A stretch of DNA of 64,000 nucleotides from NCBI GenBank assembly GCA_024679065.1, contig JAGIQG010000016.1:13144001-13208000 (forward strand), given 5' to 3'. This DNA is from Sphyrna mokarran. Its lineage: Eukaryota. Positions within the stretch are counted from its first letter, which is position 1. Every line of letters starts with the position of its first letter. Shown piece by piece: positions 13,590 to 26,054 of this stretch. The notes beneath the pieces are model-generated. The model was not told the DNA's origin, ran no database searches, and was given only the letters and a program-made list of their open reading frames with translations. Position numbers and translations under genes: made by a program.

Positions 13590-14060
13590 TGCGATGCAAT
13601 TGAAGAGAATGCAAAGCAATTTTAACAAGACAATGATAGAGTCCAGGATTTCAGCTATTGTGATAGATTACATGGTCGAGGACTGTTCCTGATGGGAAAA
13701 AAATAGTTAGAGGTGGGACTTGATAGAGTTGTATTTGTTATCAATGGAATTGATAGCGTGGGTAGGAGTACATGTATATCAAAAATAGAGAGTAAAATAG
13801 CCTGGTTAAGGGATTGAAGTGAAGAATTAAGGGCATAGAAGGCTACTTGAGGTGTGAATAAATGATCCAGAGGGTACTTAGAACACGTAAGTACTACCGA
13901 TCCTGCAGATCAGTCATCAAACTGTTGTAATGTTTAAGTGTTTAGACATGCTTTATATTGCCATCAATTCCTCGGGCTTTGGGCCAATTGCTGTGAATTT
14001 GGATCAGCTTAGGGAGATTTGTTTTGAACTGTGAATGCATTTAAGCAAAATTGTTTTATG
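13590..14060 (+). mobile_element. Very old CR1/L2-like 3' fragment
   Basis: Degenerate 'caattgaagagaatgcaaagcaattttaacaagacaatgata' and 'gggacttgatagagttgtat' match the LERVQRRFTRM and GDLIE.Y regions. Confidence 0.55.
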
Positions 14061-14459
14061 TCTTTTTAACTTCATTGAACATAGGAACGAAAAAAAAAAG
14101 TTTCAACAGAATGATTTATTCGATCCACTCAGTTTGTAGTTTCATATGTGATGCTATCGGTGTTATTGTCATGTTAGGGTGATAAATCAGAAACACAACC
14201 AGCTGTTTAAAACCAAAAGAATGAAGTTTTCAAATCCCATCAATCACCTGCAATTTTATTCCATGGCTAAACAAAATACACTGATATCCAGGATTAATTT
14301 GAAGTCCACCAATTGTATCCAGTCGTCAATCATTGCTAATCGTCATTTAAGTCTTAGACCTTGCTTTCAACTCCTCAGGACATAGTCGCTATTTCCCAAA
14401 GAATCACTTACACAACTCTGACCAACACTACACTACCAAATGGACACTGACAAAACTGC

Positions 14460-14610
14460 ACTTCGATACTCCCAAAACTTTCATAAAGTGTCACCTGGAT
14501 ACGAAATGTCCGTTATTTTTCTCCTTACAGATACTGCCAGATTTCCTGACATTTTACTGTATTTTCAATCTCAGTTTCAGATTCCAGCATCCGCAGAAAT
14601 TTGCATTTAT
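14460..14610 (+). mobile_element. Penelope-like 3' terminal fragment
   Basis: 'cagatactgccagatttcctga...tttcagattccagcatccgcagaa'. An inverted relative lies at 34895-35020. The assignment is from recall of shark repeats. Confidence 0.5.
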
Positions 14611-14699
14611 GCAATGCAATACATGTTGGTTTTCGTCGAATGACACTCATTGGCGCCCGGTTCTGTGGTGAAATTTCTGGTACAATCTATCACCCAATC

Positions 14700-15167
14700 G
14701 ATACTTCTTCATCATGATCATTGTTTTTGATATGTGAGACATACTGATTAAATAAAACATTGCTAATGGCGTTTCACGAATCAATCTACACGTAAAGTTA
14801 AGTTCATTCTTTAAATATGCAATGGCAAGAAAGGGTTTATTTTAAGAATTCCAAACTATCCACATGCAAAGAAATTGTGAAAGGTTTAGGTGAGAAAGAA
14901 ATTTTCTGCAGATAAAATCTCAAGCATATATGGAGCAAACACTTCACAAAATTCAAGGCTGATACTGTTTTGAGTCCGCTATCTGACATACATATTATTT
15001 CAATTTCGTCGCATTTTCGCAGTAAGAAAATGCCATTAGTGCAATTCGCTGTGCAGTATTTCCAGGAGGACATTGCTAATTAGAGGGAAGCTTTTTTTTT
15101 GCTGATTATGAAGAGCAGTGTTACTCTTATTAACATTGTCATCATTAGTACATCTTTTTTTTTACTC

Positions 15168-15202
<35 letters not shown>

Positions 15203-15945
15203 CATCATCATCATCATCATCATGATTTTGTATCCATTCAGTCGTAATGAGCATAATTGGAAGGGCAAACAATTGTGACTTTTTGTCCAAAGAGCTCAAA
15301 AGCATACATGAAGTAATTCTTAACAGGCAGTACGTGCAAAATTCAGTACACTCCTCTCAGTAGGCAACAAGCTTCAATGCACGTTGCTGAAGTCGAACAT
15401 CAGCACACTGATACAAACTTTAGATCCTCGAACCTTCATTTATACTCCAGATGACTGACTTGTTGAAATTAGTACAACATATCACCAAAAAATGTAACTT
15501 TGAGGCGAAATGATATGTCTCGTCGTCTAATCTATGCCTAGCCGTCATTTCTCTCTTATAGTACATCTATAGCAAATAACTTTTGCAAGCATAAGAACGC
15601 GACATGTTAGCGCTATGTTGTTTTTTCTTTGTTACTTCCCTTTACATTTCACATCCTATGGAAAAACAAAACAAAGAAACAAGCCTCCTTACTGTTATTT
15701 TCTAACGGTCCTCAGTCATTGAATTGGTTGAACCAATATTACAAATGGATTTCAAGGTTCCTCTTCAATGTCCTTCTTCCGAATTTTGTTTTATTTTTTA
15801 GATGGTTTGTAACACTGAAAACCGTCAAGGTCAAGTGCAGGGGATCCTTAATTGGACACGGTGCAAATATTAGAAGCCCCAAATCCACATGTACATAAAA
15901 CTGAGAATACGTCAGCATATAACAATCATCAAATATCAACATAAT
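14700..15945 (-). pseudogene. Decayed ORF, putative family B (VHVDL motif plus acidic tract)
   Basis: ORF 15739..15942 YVHVDLGLL resembles CVVHIDLFY at about 59850. The microsatellite reads as DDDDDDDNNNN in one minus-strand frame. Confidence 0.35.
15168..15223. repeat. Compound (TTA)n(TCA)n microsatellite
   Basis: ttattattatta...tcatcatcatcat. Confidence 0.95.
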
Positions 15946-16389
15946 GAAATAGATTATTCTACTTATTAATGTTTCCCTTATGCTAATTGTTTTTATTTCA
16001 TATTAACAGCAGAAAAACTGAAAAGTAAAGACCAGGGTAATTGAATGTGTGTTTTTTTTTACCTAACGGCAATCGTGTTCAATTTGCACATTTTGTAAAT
16101 AAAACAAACGGATTGAACACAATATATATATCGAAACATGAATAGATGCAGAGGCTGATGAATGGTTAAGTAGATGCCACAGTATTGAATCAAATATTTA
16201 GCACGGAAATGTGAGTGAGATTGTTTGGTTTATTGCTAATGCACTGCTCGTAATTTTTTTCCTCATTTGATACTAGATTGCATCAGAGATTGAGGGGTTA
16301 TTATGTTGTTTTCGTTTTCACATGTTAATCATGTTTGCTGCACAATGAAGATTACATAAATATATAGAGGCGACGAGAGGTCATTCACA

Positions 16390-18012
16390 GGTTTGTCAGC
16401 GCGCCATTTTTACTTAATTTGACATTCTTTTCTGACGTTTTCCGAAAACGTCTCTTCATTTCTGCAAGCAACGTCCTGTTTGCAGGTGAATCAGGGAATG
16501 CGATATTTCAATCCAGTAGCCAATCAAAGATTTCTAACGACCCACAGAAAGAGATTGGAAAATATAAGAGCAATGTCAGGAACGCTTTAGAGTGTAATTT
16601 TTTTTTTGACAAACTGTTCATTGCTTCAATCCACTGAATGCTGTTGACCCCATGTTTCTTTAATTGAGCACAGAACTTTGGTGAGAATTTCGCGCCCTTA
16701 TCATTTTGGACATGTGTGTATTAATAAGTATAATCATATGTCAGTTACGAGACACATCACGCTGTTCAGTGCCTGGAGGCCGATAGTATTCCATAAAATG
16801 TAATGCATTGTCATGTTTTACACTGTTCTACGCCTCATTGAAGCGAAGGAATTATGAAGACCCCTAGGACAAATTTTGTGAATTTCGCTGTGTGCTTATG
16901 TTACTGGTTGTGTAAACATATTGGTGTATTGGTATCCTTGATTTCTAATCGCGTATGGACGCGAGACCTCTGGATACTACAAATATGGCATGTTTCCAAT
17001 GAATAACGTCACAGATTTTTTTTCCTCAATGTTAAGTTGCAGAACTTAACGAAAGCAAATATGTTCTGAAAGATCTCAGTAAGAAAATACCCATCCCAAT
17101 ATTTACGAATAATTTCATCCATATCAAACTGATATGGAGCGGATGTATTTAATACATAAGTGCTTTAAGCATGTCATTTTTATTTTACGTTTGATTCACT
17201 TTACTGAATGTATAAAGAGATGTGAAGTACAGACGTTCACCTTTAGGGATTTCAAATGACAAGGACAGGAGAGTTTAACGTATTATGGACTTTAATAACT
17301 ATCAACATTCTGTGCTATTTTCGCTCTAGTACAGAATTTTTCTGAAGCTAGGGGAATTTTTTCGTATGTATTCTTAATTATTCTAACAGTTACAATTAAA
17401 TCTGCTTTACAGAAGTTGAGCTGATGAAAAGGGAAGAAGGTAATAATTTAGTGAACGCAAATTGGAAAACAGATGACGATCATTTTCCTTGGAAAATAGA
17501 CGTCATTCAATTTGTGGGCAAATATATTCTAAGTGGATACTTTATCATGTTTGGATTATAACCAGAACAACTAAATATCGCAATACCCATTTACATCCCG
17601 GCCAAGTAATTATTGGTAGTGATGAGACAGTTAGGAAGAACCAAATGTCAATAAGACAAAAAAAAAACTTTAATTTCGTTTATCAATGCGTATTCGAAGT
17701 GATGTTGCGAAATAAAATGAAAAGTTCATTGAGTGTAACTTGATACTTCATATCCCGGAATGTCACGCTCTAAATCTAACCGCCAAAAATAGAGCAAGTG
17801 GCATATAATCACCTCAATAAGGTATTTTTAGTGAAATGGCCACGCATCCATGATACTAGGAACAAACTCATGCTGATTTAGACATCATGGCTTCAGTTGA
17901 CGTTCCTTCAATTGAGCAATTCGGCTTGTATACCACAATTATTTTTGTACGATGTCGATTTGTTTTCTGAATAGCGCTTTCAGATATACGTATTAATGCC
18001 GCATGCTTACTC
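16390..18012 (-). pseudogene. Decayed family A member
   Basis: Acceptor 'tattttttacag' at 18013. Peptides SFEIPKGERLYF, DEIIRKYWDGYFLTEIF and AKFSPKFCAQLKKHG...KAFLTLLLYFPISF...AEMKRRFRKTSEKN. Confidence 0.6.
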
Positions 18013-18654
18013 CTGTAAAAAATAACATATTTATAATGCATTAAAAAACTCTGAAACGTTTTGCTGTTGACAAAAAAAAACACGGAACCTTCAGAGTTTT
18101 TATTTTGTAGATTCACCTGTCGCTCCACTCTGTTAACGTCGGAATTTGGATTCCAATATAAAAGTTGTTAAAGATAAACATATATGCATGACGCTCTGTC
18201 GAAGCAGCGTTCTTTTTTCATGTTGTGAGGAATCTAAATTAAATCTTAGCATCAAACTGAATTTACGAACAATAGAATCGTTTGTTTTTCGATAGAAGAG
18301 TCAGGGAAAAGACCCCCTTATAAACTCTGACAAAAGTTATGCTCTCTTGACTGAACATCGGCTTTTAGCCTGCACCAGAACTCTCCTCGTCAATTCAGTC
18401 CTGTTGCCGAAGGACAATTTCCTCCCAGGCACTTGCTGTGTCAATTGACTCCGAGCCTAAAATTTGATATTGTGCAATCCTGCAAGGTTGTTCAAAAGAA
18501 TTAGCACGCAAACTTCAGACGCATGTCTTATGGCGATGCGGAAACCATCTCTGCACAAATGAATTAAAACCACAGTCTGGCAGAGCGATTTTTTAAACAC
18601 GGAGTCAGCAATCCTCAATAACATCATAATTATATCCAAGCACTATTACAATAC

Positions 18655-19010
18655 ATTTTTTGTTCATTCCTGCCACAACGGCCGCTCTGGAGACCACCAT
18701 TTATTGTCCTACACTTGAGTCTCTTGCCCTGAGGGCAGTTGGTAGTCAACCACGTCAGTGTGGCCCTGTAGACAGATGTCACTAAGACCAGATAAAGACG
18801 TCAGGTTTCCATCCCGAAAGAATGTGAGTGAACCAATGTTTTGTTCCGGCAATTGGCAATGGTTTGAAACCATCAGTAGATACTTAATCCGACTTAAAAA
18901 AAAACAAATTCGAATAACTGTTGCGCCGGGTGTCGAGGCCGTTTCCAGAAAATTAATTAAGGTTTTGGATTCATCGCCTAGCCATAATTCCACTTAGTCA
19001 TGGTACCCGC
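18655..19010. mobile_element. Old SINE-like interspersed repeat
   Basis: 'gagggcagttggtagtcaaccac...gaccagataaagacgtcaggtttccatccc...gtgaaccaatg', same family as 2925-3260. Confidence 0.65.
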
Positions 19011-19029
19011 TGCTTTTTGTATTCAACCT

Positions 19030-20621
19030 TGCAACCGTACGATGATGAATACCCGTTGAGTAAAAAAGAAAAACAATGTTTAACTTCTAGGCAGTTATGT
19101 ACATTTCTTGGCTTATATTGTCTACTGATGACTAATACAAGTATAATTTGTAAATAGACCTACTGAAAAGGATGCATGGAGTTTATTGTCCGGGAACAGT
19201 GATATAAAATATCTCCTTTCAGTGGAACAATGTTGACCTTCTGATATGGAGTGGCTGTGAAAAAATGTCTACTATTTTCCTCTTTCCTTTGCAATATTTT
19301 TCCAAAATTGTATTTTTGATGACGAGAGTACGATCTCGCGAGTTGTCTGTTCTGAACTTCACTGTATTGTTGGACGCCAGACCGTTTTGAATCCAAGATA
19401 TAGAAATGATGTTCATGTGGTATCTTGTGTGAGGTAGCACCGTTGTAATTGTTTGTTCAAAGCCACGAACAAGGACAAGAATTTTCCGCGTGATTTAATG
19501 TATATTTCAGCCTGCAAAGCACCATGGAGCCAGACAACAGATCTTTACTGCTTAATTCATCAAGCGCAATTTGACGCTTTCAGCGAACATTTCCCCTCAC
19601 TTGTGCAGTTGAAACTCAAAAACCATTCATAAAAAAACTGAGATAGTTAAGCCTATAACGTTGTTTTTTTGATACCATAATTATGTTATCCTGTTTATCA
19701 GTTGAATGTGGTACTATGCAAAACATCAGGTGACCACAAAAGATGCTCAGAACAATTAGGGCTTCTGTTCTAACTTGGGGCAATAAACACAAGTGAGTGG
19801 AAGCTGTGGTTCCAGAGGAGTAGGAACAATGAATGAGTGCAGGGACGTATTACAGATATAGTCAAGGCTCTGTGGAAAATTGGGAATGACGCAGAGTAGA
19901 TCCGGTCTTCAACAGCCTAGCAAGCCTAATCGTGCAGGAAGATGGGGTAATTCAGCCCAAGATGTAAATATTGAACATTAGTATATCACTGTAAAGTTAC
20001 CCAACTGCTCAGAAGGGCACCTGTCCATGATGTTGTGAGGTGGTTGCAATGCGCTCTTGCCCAATTGTTTGGAGAACAATCAATTTTCATGCAAATAAAC
20101 GTGACATTGCCACTTATTTGTGAAAGACTCATTCCTGGTCTATTATAACTCTGTTCAATAAAACAGTTGATGCGCAGCATTGCATAGATCTGAATTCCAA
20201 ATTATTCACGCAGGATGACTTAAGCCAAAATAAACCTACAATGCAGTAGACTTTTCCACGTGGTTCAGGGTGCATTTCGCCGCACATACGTAGCCATTAA
20301 CGGTGCTTTAGACCGCATTTCTAACACAAAAGTCATCACTTGTTCAAATTGCAAACGGGATGCAACCATTGCCGACGGATAATACAATGACATATCAGGG
20401 AATAGAAAAACATTGCCGACATTTGAGTATTCATAAATTCACCGACCGATTACATTTAGAGTGGCCCGAATGCCAGGGATTGCAACGCGATGATGACGCT
20501 GAACGGAACATGATTTTGTCCATTATGGTTACTGCAGATTTAATACAGTGAGAACCCGACCAGCACTATGATGATAGGGGATGGACATCACGGGTCTTTT
20601 AAATGTTATTCCAGGATAGAC
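19030..20621 (-). pseudogene. Decayed family A member (may continue at 18100-18650 beyond the SINE)
   Basis: Acceptor 'gcactttcag' at 20622, then VYPGITFKRPVMSIP. A largely continuous frame with stops runs to about 19986. YHMNIISISWIQNG...NTILEKYCKG lies at 19219-19440. Confidence 0.55.
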
Positions 20622-20699
20622 CTGAAAGTGCATTAATATATTCATTTCGACAAATGTCCTTCATTCGCATTATTAACTTCACGCTGAATAACATTATCA

Positions 20700-21590
20700 T
20701 TCTTGTTTGGTAAATAAAGTTGCGCATTAACGCATCGTGACATGCCACTCTGAATTCAGCACTCTGAAAACAAAGGCGACGATGAATGAAACTACAGTAA
20801 CATTCTCTGGTTTATGGGTCTCGCCGTTAGCAAGAGCCATATGGATTGGATTGGCACAAGGGGTGCCTTCGTATGGTAAACACTTTTCTACAGTGTCTTT
20901 TTCAACTGATGCAAAAATGGTTTATTGATTTCTTTGCCCACATTTTCCTGCAGTGGTATGAACTAGTCTTGTCAATTATATGCTGCTTTTAAATCGGCTT
21001 TCTGGAATCTAAGGGCGTCTTTCACGCTTTCCTCAATGCGAGTTTTCTATTTCTAATATTGTATACACATTTCACTACCAAATCATCAGATCATGATTTG
21101 GAATGAAGATGCTTGCTTATATTAGTTTTGTCCAATGTATGGACTTTGAAACATTCCGCGAAATCTGGTAAACTTTACGTCAACTCCTGGCAAGTTGGGG
21201 ATTTACACAAATATTAAGTGTGTTCATTTCCGCAATAATTTCTGAATAAATTAACCGATGTTCACAAGTTTCCGCCATACATGCCACTAAATGGCTGGCG
21301 TTAGTGTGTTCCGTTTTATGGCGTACAAGCCAAGAGAACTGACGTTCTGTTCTTTAACAGTCAATGGGCGGGAAGAAGCTTTTAAATTCCCGGTGGCCGC
21401 AAGCGTACTGTCTTGATACTTTATCCGGCGGGCAAAGACGACTGAGGTAATTTTGAAACGCTACCGACTTTAAATTGTGGAACGCGCTGTTCACACACAA
21501 ATTTAACATGCAACTCATGTCGTCAATCCATTTTCGTTCAGACAAGGCACCTTCCCGGAATGTCAAGACAAAATGTCAAACATTTTGTCA
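20700..21590 (-). pseudogene. Decayed ORF of unknown family
   Basis: ORF 21354..21566 continues in frame past a stop (..FFPPIDC*RTERQFSWLVRHKTEH..). Non-repetitive, with the same texture as the neighbouring pseudogenes. Confidence 0.3.
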
Positions 21591-21599
21591 GTTGCACCT

Positions 21600-22230
21600 T
21601 GAAAAAATTGCAACGTATTTGCCAAGCATTATTTCCCCTTCATAAATCAATACTGACTCTGTCTGACCCCCTCTCACTGCTTCGAAAAATTCTCCACTCT
21701 AAAATCCTTGACAAATGATTCATGAATATTCAGCGACTTTAGGCTACTTAAATTTCCTATTTCTTTTCTCTCTGGCTCACTTCTTGAATATTGCAGTAAC
21801 ATTTGCGACCTTTGAATCTGCAAATCTTGTTCCAGAGTTTATACTGTCCTGTAAGATAACCACCAATGCATCTAAATCTTCTAAAACCAGCTTCTTCAAT
21901 ACTGGGGGAATGTAGATTGTCAGGCCTTGGGGACTTTTTCGCCCTCAGTCCAATCAATTACCTAATAATATTGTTTTACCTCAGTTCCTCAGTTTTTCCA
22001 AAATTTTGCATTCTCCAACATTTTGGCATGTGATTTGTGTCTTAATTTTTGGAGAAAGAAATAATACATGTATGCTATTGTTCAGCTATTGTTGTGATCC
22101 CTATTATACTTTCGCCCAAATTCTGTCTGTAGGAGACCTACCATTGTCTTCACTAATCTCTTTCTCTTTCACCTACCGATAGAAACTCTTAGTATAAACC
22201 GTCATGTTCCATGAAAGCATGGTTTCTACT
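21600..22230 (-). mobile_element. CR1-type LINE internal ORF2 fragment
   Basis: ORF 21757..21957 GLRAKKSPRPDNLH corresponds to the LKADKSPGPDGLHP segment upstream of RT. Confidence 0.75.
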
Positions 22231-22504
22231 GAATTCTTTGACCTTAAGTTTTATATCATTAAATTAATTCATAGACTTGAACAGTAAACCTTTCAAAGAC
22301 AGCGTCTGATATCCATTTTCAAATCAATGATAATTATTTGGTTTGCTTGTAAAGTGTTTGATAGCGACACAATCTAACAGTGGAATCATACAGGGTTTCT
22401 GATTATTTGCTGATTGGCAAATGAATTCTTATTCTTCACTGTATGAACATACAAGAACAATGTCAGAATGGAACACCGAAAATACAATTAACTTAGTATA
22501 CTCG

Positions 22505-22740
22505 GTATGGCAGCACGGTGCCACACTAGTTCGTAGAATTGCCGCACAGCGCCAAGGATGTGGGATCAATTTTTGCTGTAGGTGCCCGTCTGTGTGGAGT
22601 TAGGTATTCTTCCAGTGTCCGTGTCTTTTCTTCAGGAGCTCGGGATTTGTCCCAGAGCCCACCGATGAGAGGATTAAGTTGATTTGGCATGCTCAATAGA
22701 CCGAATGATTTTCTTCCCCACTGTAGTATTCTATAATCCC
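22505..22740 (+). mobile_element. HE1/V-SINE-type SINE, degenerate
   Basis: 'ggcagcacggtgccacactagtt', 'gtctgtgtggagtt', 'cgggatttgtcccagag' and tail 'tcccactgtagtattctat'. Confidence 0.7.
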
Positions 22741-22769
22741 ATGAGTGAATTATATGACCGCAATGCGAT

Positions 22770-22960
22770 TGCACGTGTTGTTTGTCCATCGTCATTGATG
22801 AGGACCTCGACACCATTAGTCATTTTGAAGCTCGAAGCCGTGTGTCCGAAGATGACAGATCAGGCCAATTCGAGCATAGAATGTACTGGCACGGAGTGGA
22901 CGGACTTCCATAGGCAGTGTAGTTGTTGTGCTAGTGGCTGTGGACTTGCGCAGCTCACAA
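22770..22960 (-). mobile_element. RTE-clade LINE 3' end
   Basis: Minus strand encodes STFYARIGLICHLRTH, the ARIGLxSHxRxH C-terminal motif of RTE ORF2. Confidence 0.75.
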
Positions 22961-23759
22961 GTTAATAACATTATATTCGCTATGATGTAATGTTATGTTA
23001 TGATGTAATTGCAAATCTCAGCAAATACGTATTTTGCGGAAGAAGGAACAGATGTGTGATGTTCTTTCTGACGGTTCAGTAACATTTTAAAACGACGTGC
23101 TGCTTGACCTTACCTGTGATTTCGAGTTTTTATTTTGCGTGTCTTCCATTTATTCATCTGTGGATGCTGTCACTTCAATAGAACCTCGTTGACTTGCGAG
23201 TTCATGGGCCCGTCTTCATTTGAGAGATAACCCAACACAAATAATCTTTGAAAGACGTAGACGAGGAAATAGCATACCGAAATAAAACTCTCTTACATGT
23301 TAGGTCGCCAATTTCATCAGATCTGGAACTGTAACTAATGTGAAAATGTTCGTCCCATCTGCTAATAATTTTACCGAATTATTTATGAATTACAATTAAT
23401 AGCAGAACCTCCGTAAAATGGAATTCGCCCATTTATATTGGTGTTTAGTTAAGGGATGCACGATTCACCGTCGTGATATCCAACTGAGCTTGTCAATCGC
23501 GGTACCACTGACCGAATTTTTGTGATGCAAACTGTTACAACGCGCAGTTTAAAGCCCCTCCGCCCCCCAACCACCCAGCCCAGCCCAACCCACCCCACCC
23601 CCGAACTTACATGGAAACGCTCAATTAAGAGTGTCATGCCTCATAATCTTTTTAATGTGTGTGTGTGTGTGTGTGTGTGAAATGATGTGAAATGATGACG
23701 TGCTCTCCAGTAACTTCGAGTGGTTAAATTCAAAATACGTGCATGACAACGAAACCTTT

Positions 23760-25780
23760 AATCCGGACCTTCAGAGCTCTCTCCGTGTTCTCATCCTACT
23801 TACTTCCTGCCTTGGAGAGCTCTACTGCTCCCGAAGATAGACATGGCAAAAGAACACCCAGCCTTTCCATCGTATCAGACAGTGGGACCCTTTGCGAGAA
23901 GCTTTCCAGTTACGTCGAGGGCATCCTGAAACCCATTGTACAAAGAACTCACACCTTTTGTCGCCACACTACGGACTTCCTATAAAAACTCAGCACGTAT
24001 ACAGCAGTTGAAACAGGAACACGCCTCGTCACAAGAGATGTCTCGGCACTCTATACCAGCATCCCCCACGGCGACGCCTATGCCGCAACTTGTTCATACT
24101 CAGCACCGACAACTGTCAGTTTCCAGATGCAATTTTACAACTCGTCCGCTGCATTTTGGACCACAATGTCTTCACGTTCAACTAGTTTTTCATTCAGGCA
24201 CAAGGATCAAGTTCACATGTCCATGGAACTATGGAAGTCCATCGGACCAAATTCACATCTCAATATGCCGACATATTCATGCACAGGTTCGAACAATACC
24301 TATTCACTGTACAAGGCTTTCATCCAATGCTATACAGTAGATACATAGAACATAGAACATTACAGCGCTGAACAGGCTCTTCGGCCTTCGATGTTGCGCC
24401 AACCAATTAGGAAATCGATGAAATTTTCTTCCTTGGCACTCATGGTGAACAACCACTGAAACAACTATATGATGGTATCAACAATTTCATTCCCTCATCA
24501 GACTCACCATTGACTAGCCTCCGGAATCGGTTGCATTATTGAACAGTCGCATCTTCATTAAGGACTGCCATTTCACACTTCAAAGTACTGCAAGCCCTCG
24601 GATCACCTCACGATGCTCTACATCTCCAGCTTCCACCCTAAACCCATTAAAGAAGTCAACCCCTACTGAAAAGTTCTATCTATACATGGGTTCTGCTCAA
24701 ATGAGGAATACCACAACAGACACCTCCAGGCGCTGAAAATAATGCCTTTAAAAGAGCAGGATATTGCGCTCGACACTTTAATCGACAGTTCCGAAGCGCC
24801 GTAACGAAAAATGGCACTGAGCTCCTCAGAGGACAAGCACGGGACACGGTAGAGAATGTACCCTTCGTCGTCCAATACTCCACCCCCCGAACGGAAAAAT
24901 TGCAACATCTTCTCCAGAGCCTTCAATATGTCATTCATAAAGATGAACAACTCGCCAAGACCATCCCCAAACGCTACTACTTGCCTTCAAACAATGTCAC
25001 AATCAGAAATGGACCATTATCTGCGGGAAACTACCCAGTCTTCAGGAGAACAGCGATCACGGCACTTCAGAACCCTGTTACAGCAACCTCTGCAAACCGT
25101 GCCTTATAATCAACACGGATGTCATCATGTCACATGATAACACCATCCACCAGGTATTTAGTACATATTATTGAAAATCAGCCAACGTTGTCGACCTGAT
25201 ATGCTGTAGAAATTGATGTCCCGAGGAATGGTACATTTTGAGACCATGCAGACGTTACGACAACGAACAACTGCACAGCGGTCGACAACCACCAGACAAG
25301 TATGTTTTCTTCCTGTAAGTGCATGTTTCATCCAAGAGAAACATTGTGTCTCTGGTCTTCGGGTAAGCGTTCTCTAAGTTGGTCTTCATGAAATACGACA
25401 ACGCAGAGTCACTGAGCAGAGGCTGATAGACAGGTTTTGCACACACGAGACCGGTATCAACCGGGATCTTGGGTTAATATGACACTACTGTTACCTCCAT
25501 GACTTGCCTGGACTTGCATTGTCTCACCAGCTGTCCTGTAAGGAGGCAATGCCTATGCTTAACGCCGTCTCCATTCACACTGCCTGTACTTTATAACTTG
25601 GTTAAATATAAAGACTCGTATTCAAATCATTATTTTGTAACTTGAGTTTGTGTTTTTATGTGCTTTGTTTGTGATTAGACCTCCCATTTACGAAGGAGCA
25701 GTGGTCCGAAAGCGACTGGCTTTTTCTACCAAACAAACCTGTTGGACTTTACCTTACTGTTCTGATACTTCTTAATCTTC
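23760..25780 (+). mobile_element. Penelope-like retroelement (RT plus GIY-YIG), decayed and 5'-truncated
   Basis: SGTLCEKLSSYVEGILKPIV...TTDFL, DVSALYTSIPHGD, YADIFMHRFEQ, split RY/IDEIFF, VPFVVQY and SANVVDLICC..CPEEWYI (GIY-YIG-like). Terminal 'gaaggagcagtggtccgaaagc...aaacctgttggact'. Confidence 0.9.
24344..24412 (-). mobile_element. CR1 3'-tail mini-insertion inside the Penelope element
   Basis: catagaacatagaacattacagcgc...ttcggccttcgatgttgcgcc is the reverse complement of the CR1 end at 29938-30000. Confidence 0.9.
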
Positions 25781-26054
25781 CCATTCAAAAATCAGCATGT
25801 AAAATATAATTAACTAAGTAAACGACTAAGAAGCCGAAAAAAAACGCTTCTAATAGATTTCTGTTCCCGAAAGACACAAGGTTTTAATAATGTATTTTTC
25901 AAATAACTATAATTCCCATCATTTAACACATGCAAAATTTCGCTATTTGTTAAAGTACCACAAGGCTTTGTGTATTCTGACATATTCAGGGACATCTGTG
26001 AGGATTTCACTGTCTGAAAATTCGTTTTTTTTTCATTTGTAGCTTGCTGTAAAC

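Noticed and set aside
16655-16715. VQNDKGAKFSPKFCAQLKKHGV resembling Polinton or retroviral integrase (QTDxGxEF)
   Set aside because: No other DDE motifs are nearby, and FSPK plus the following residues recur in family A paralogs that lack the integrase-like part.
20350-20430. Minus-strand GNVFLFPDMSLYYPSAMVASRL resembling family-B DNA polymerase motif A (DxxSLYPS)
   Set aside because: The spacing is off, no KxxxNSxYG or YGDTDS follows, and the same frame begins with a family A motif. It is still worth an HMM check.
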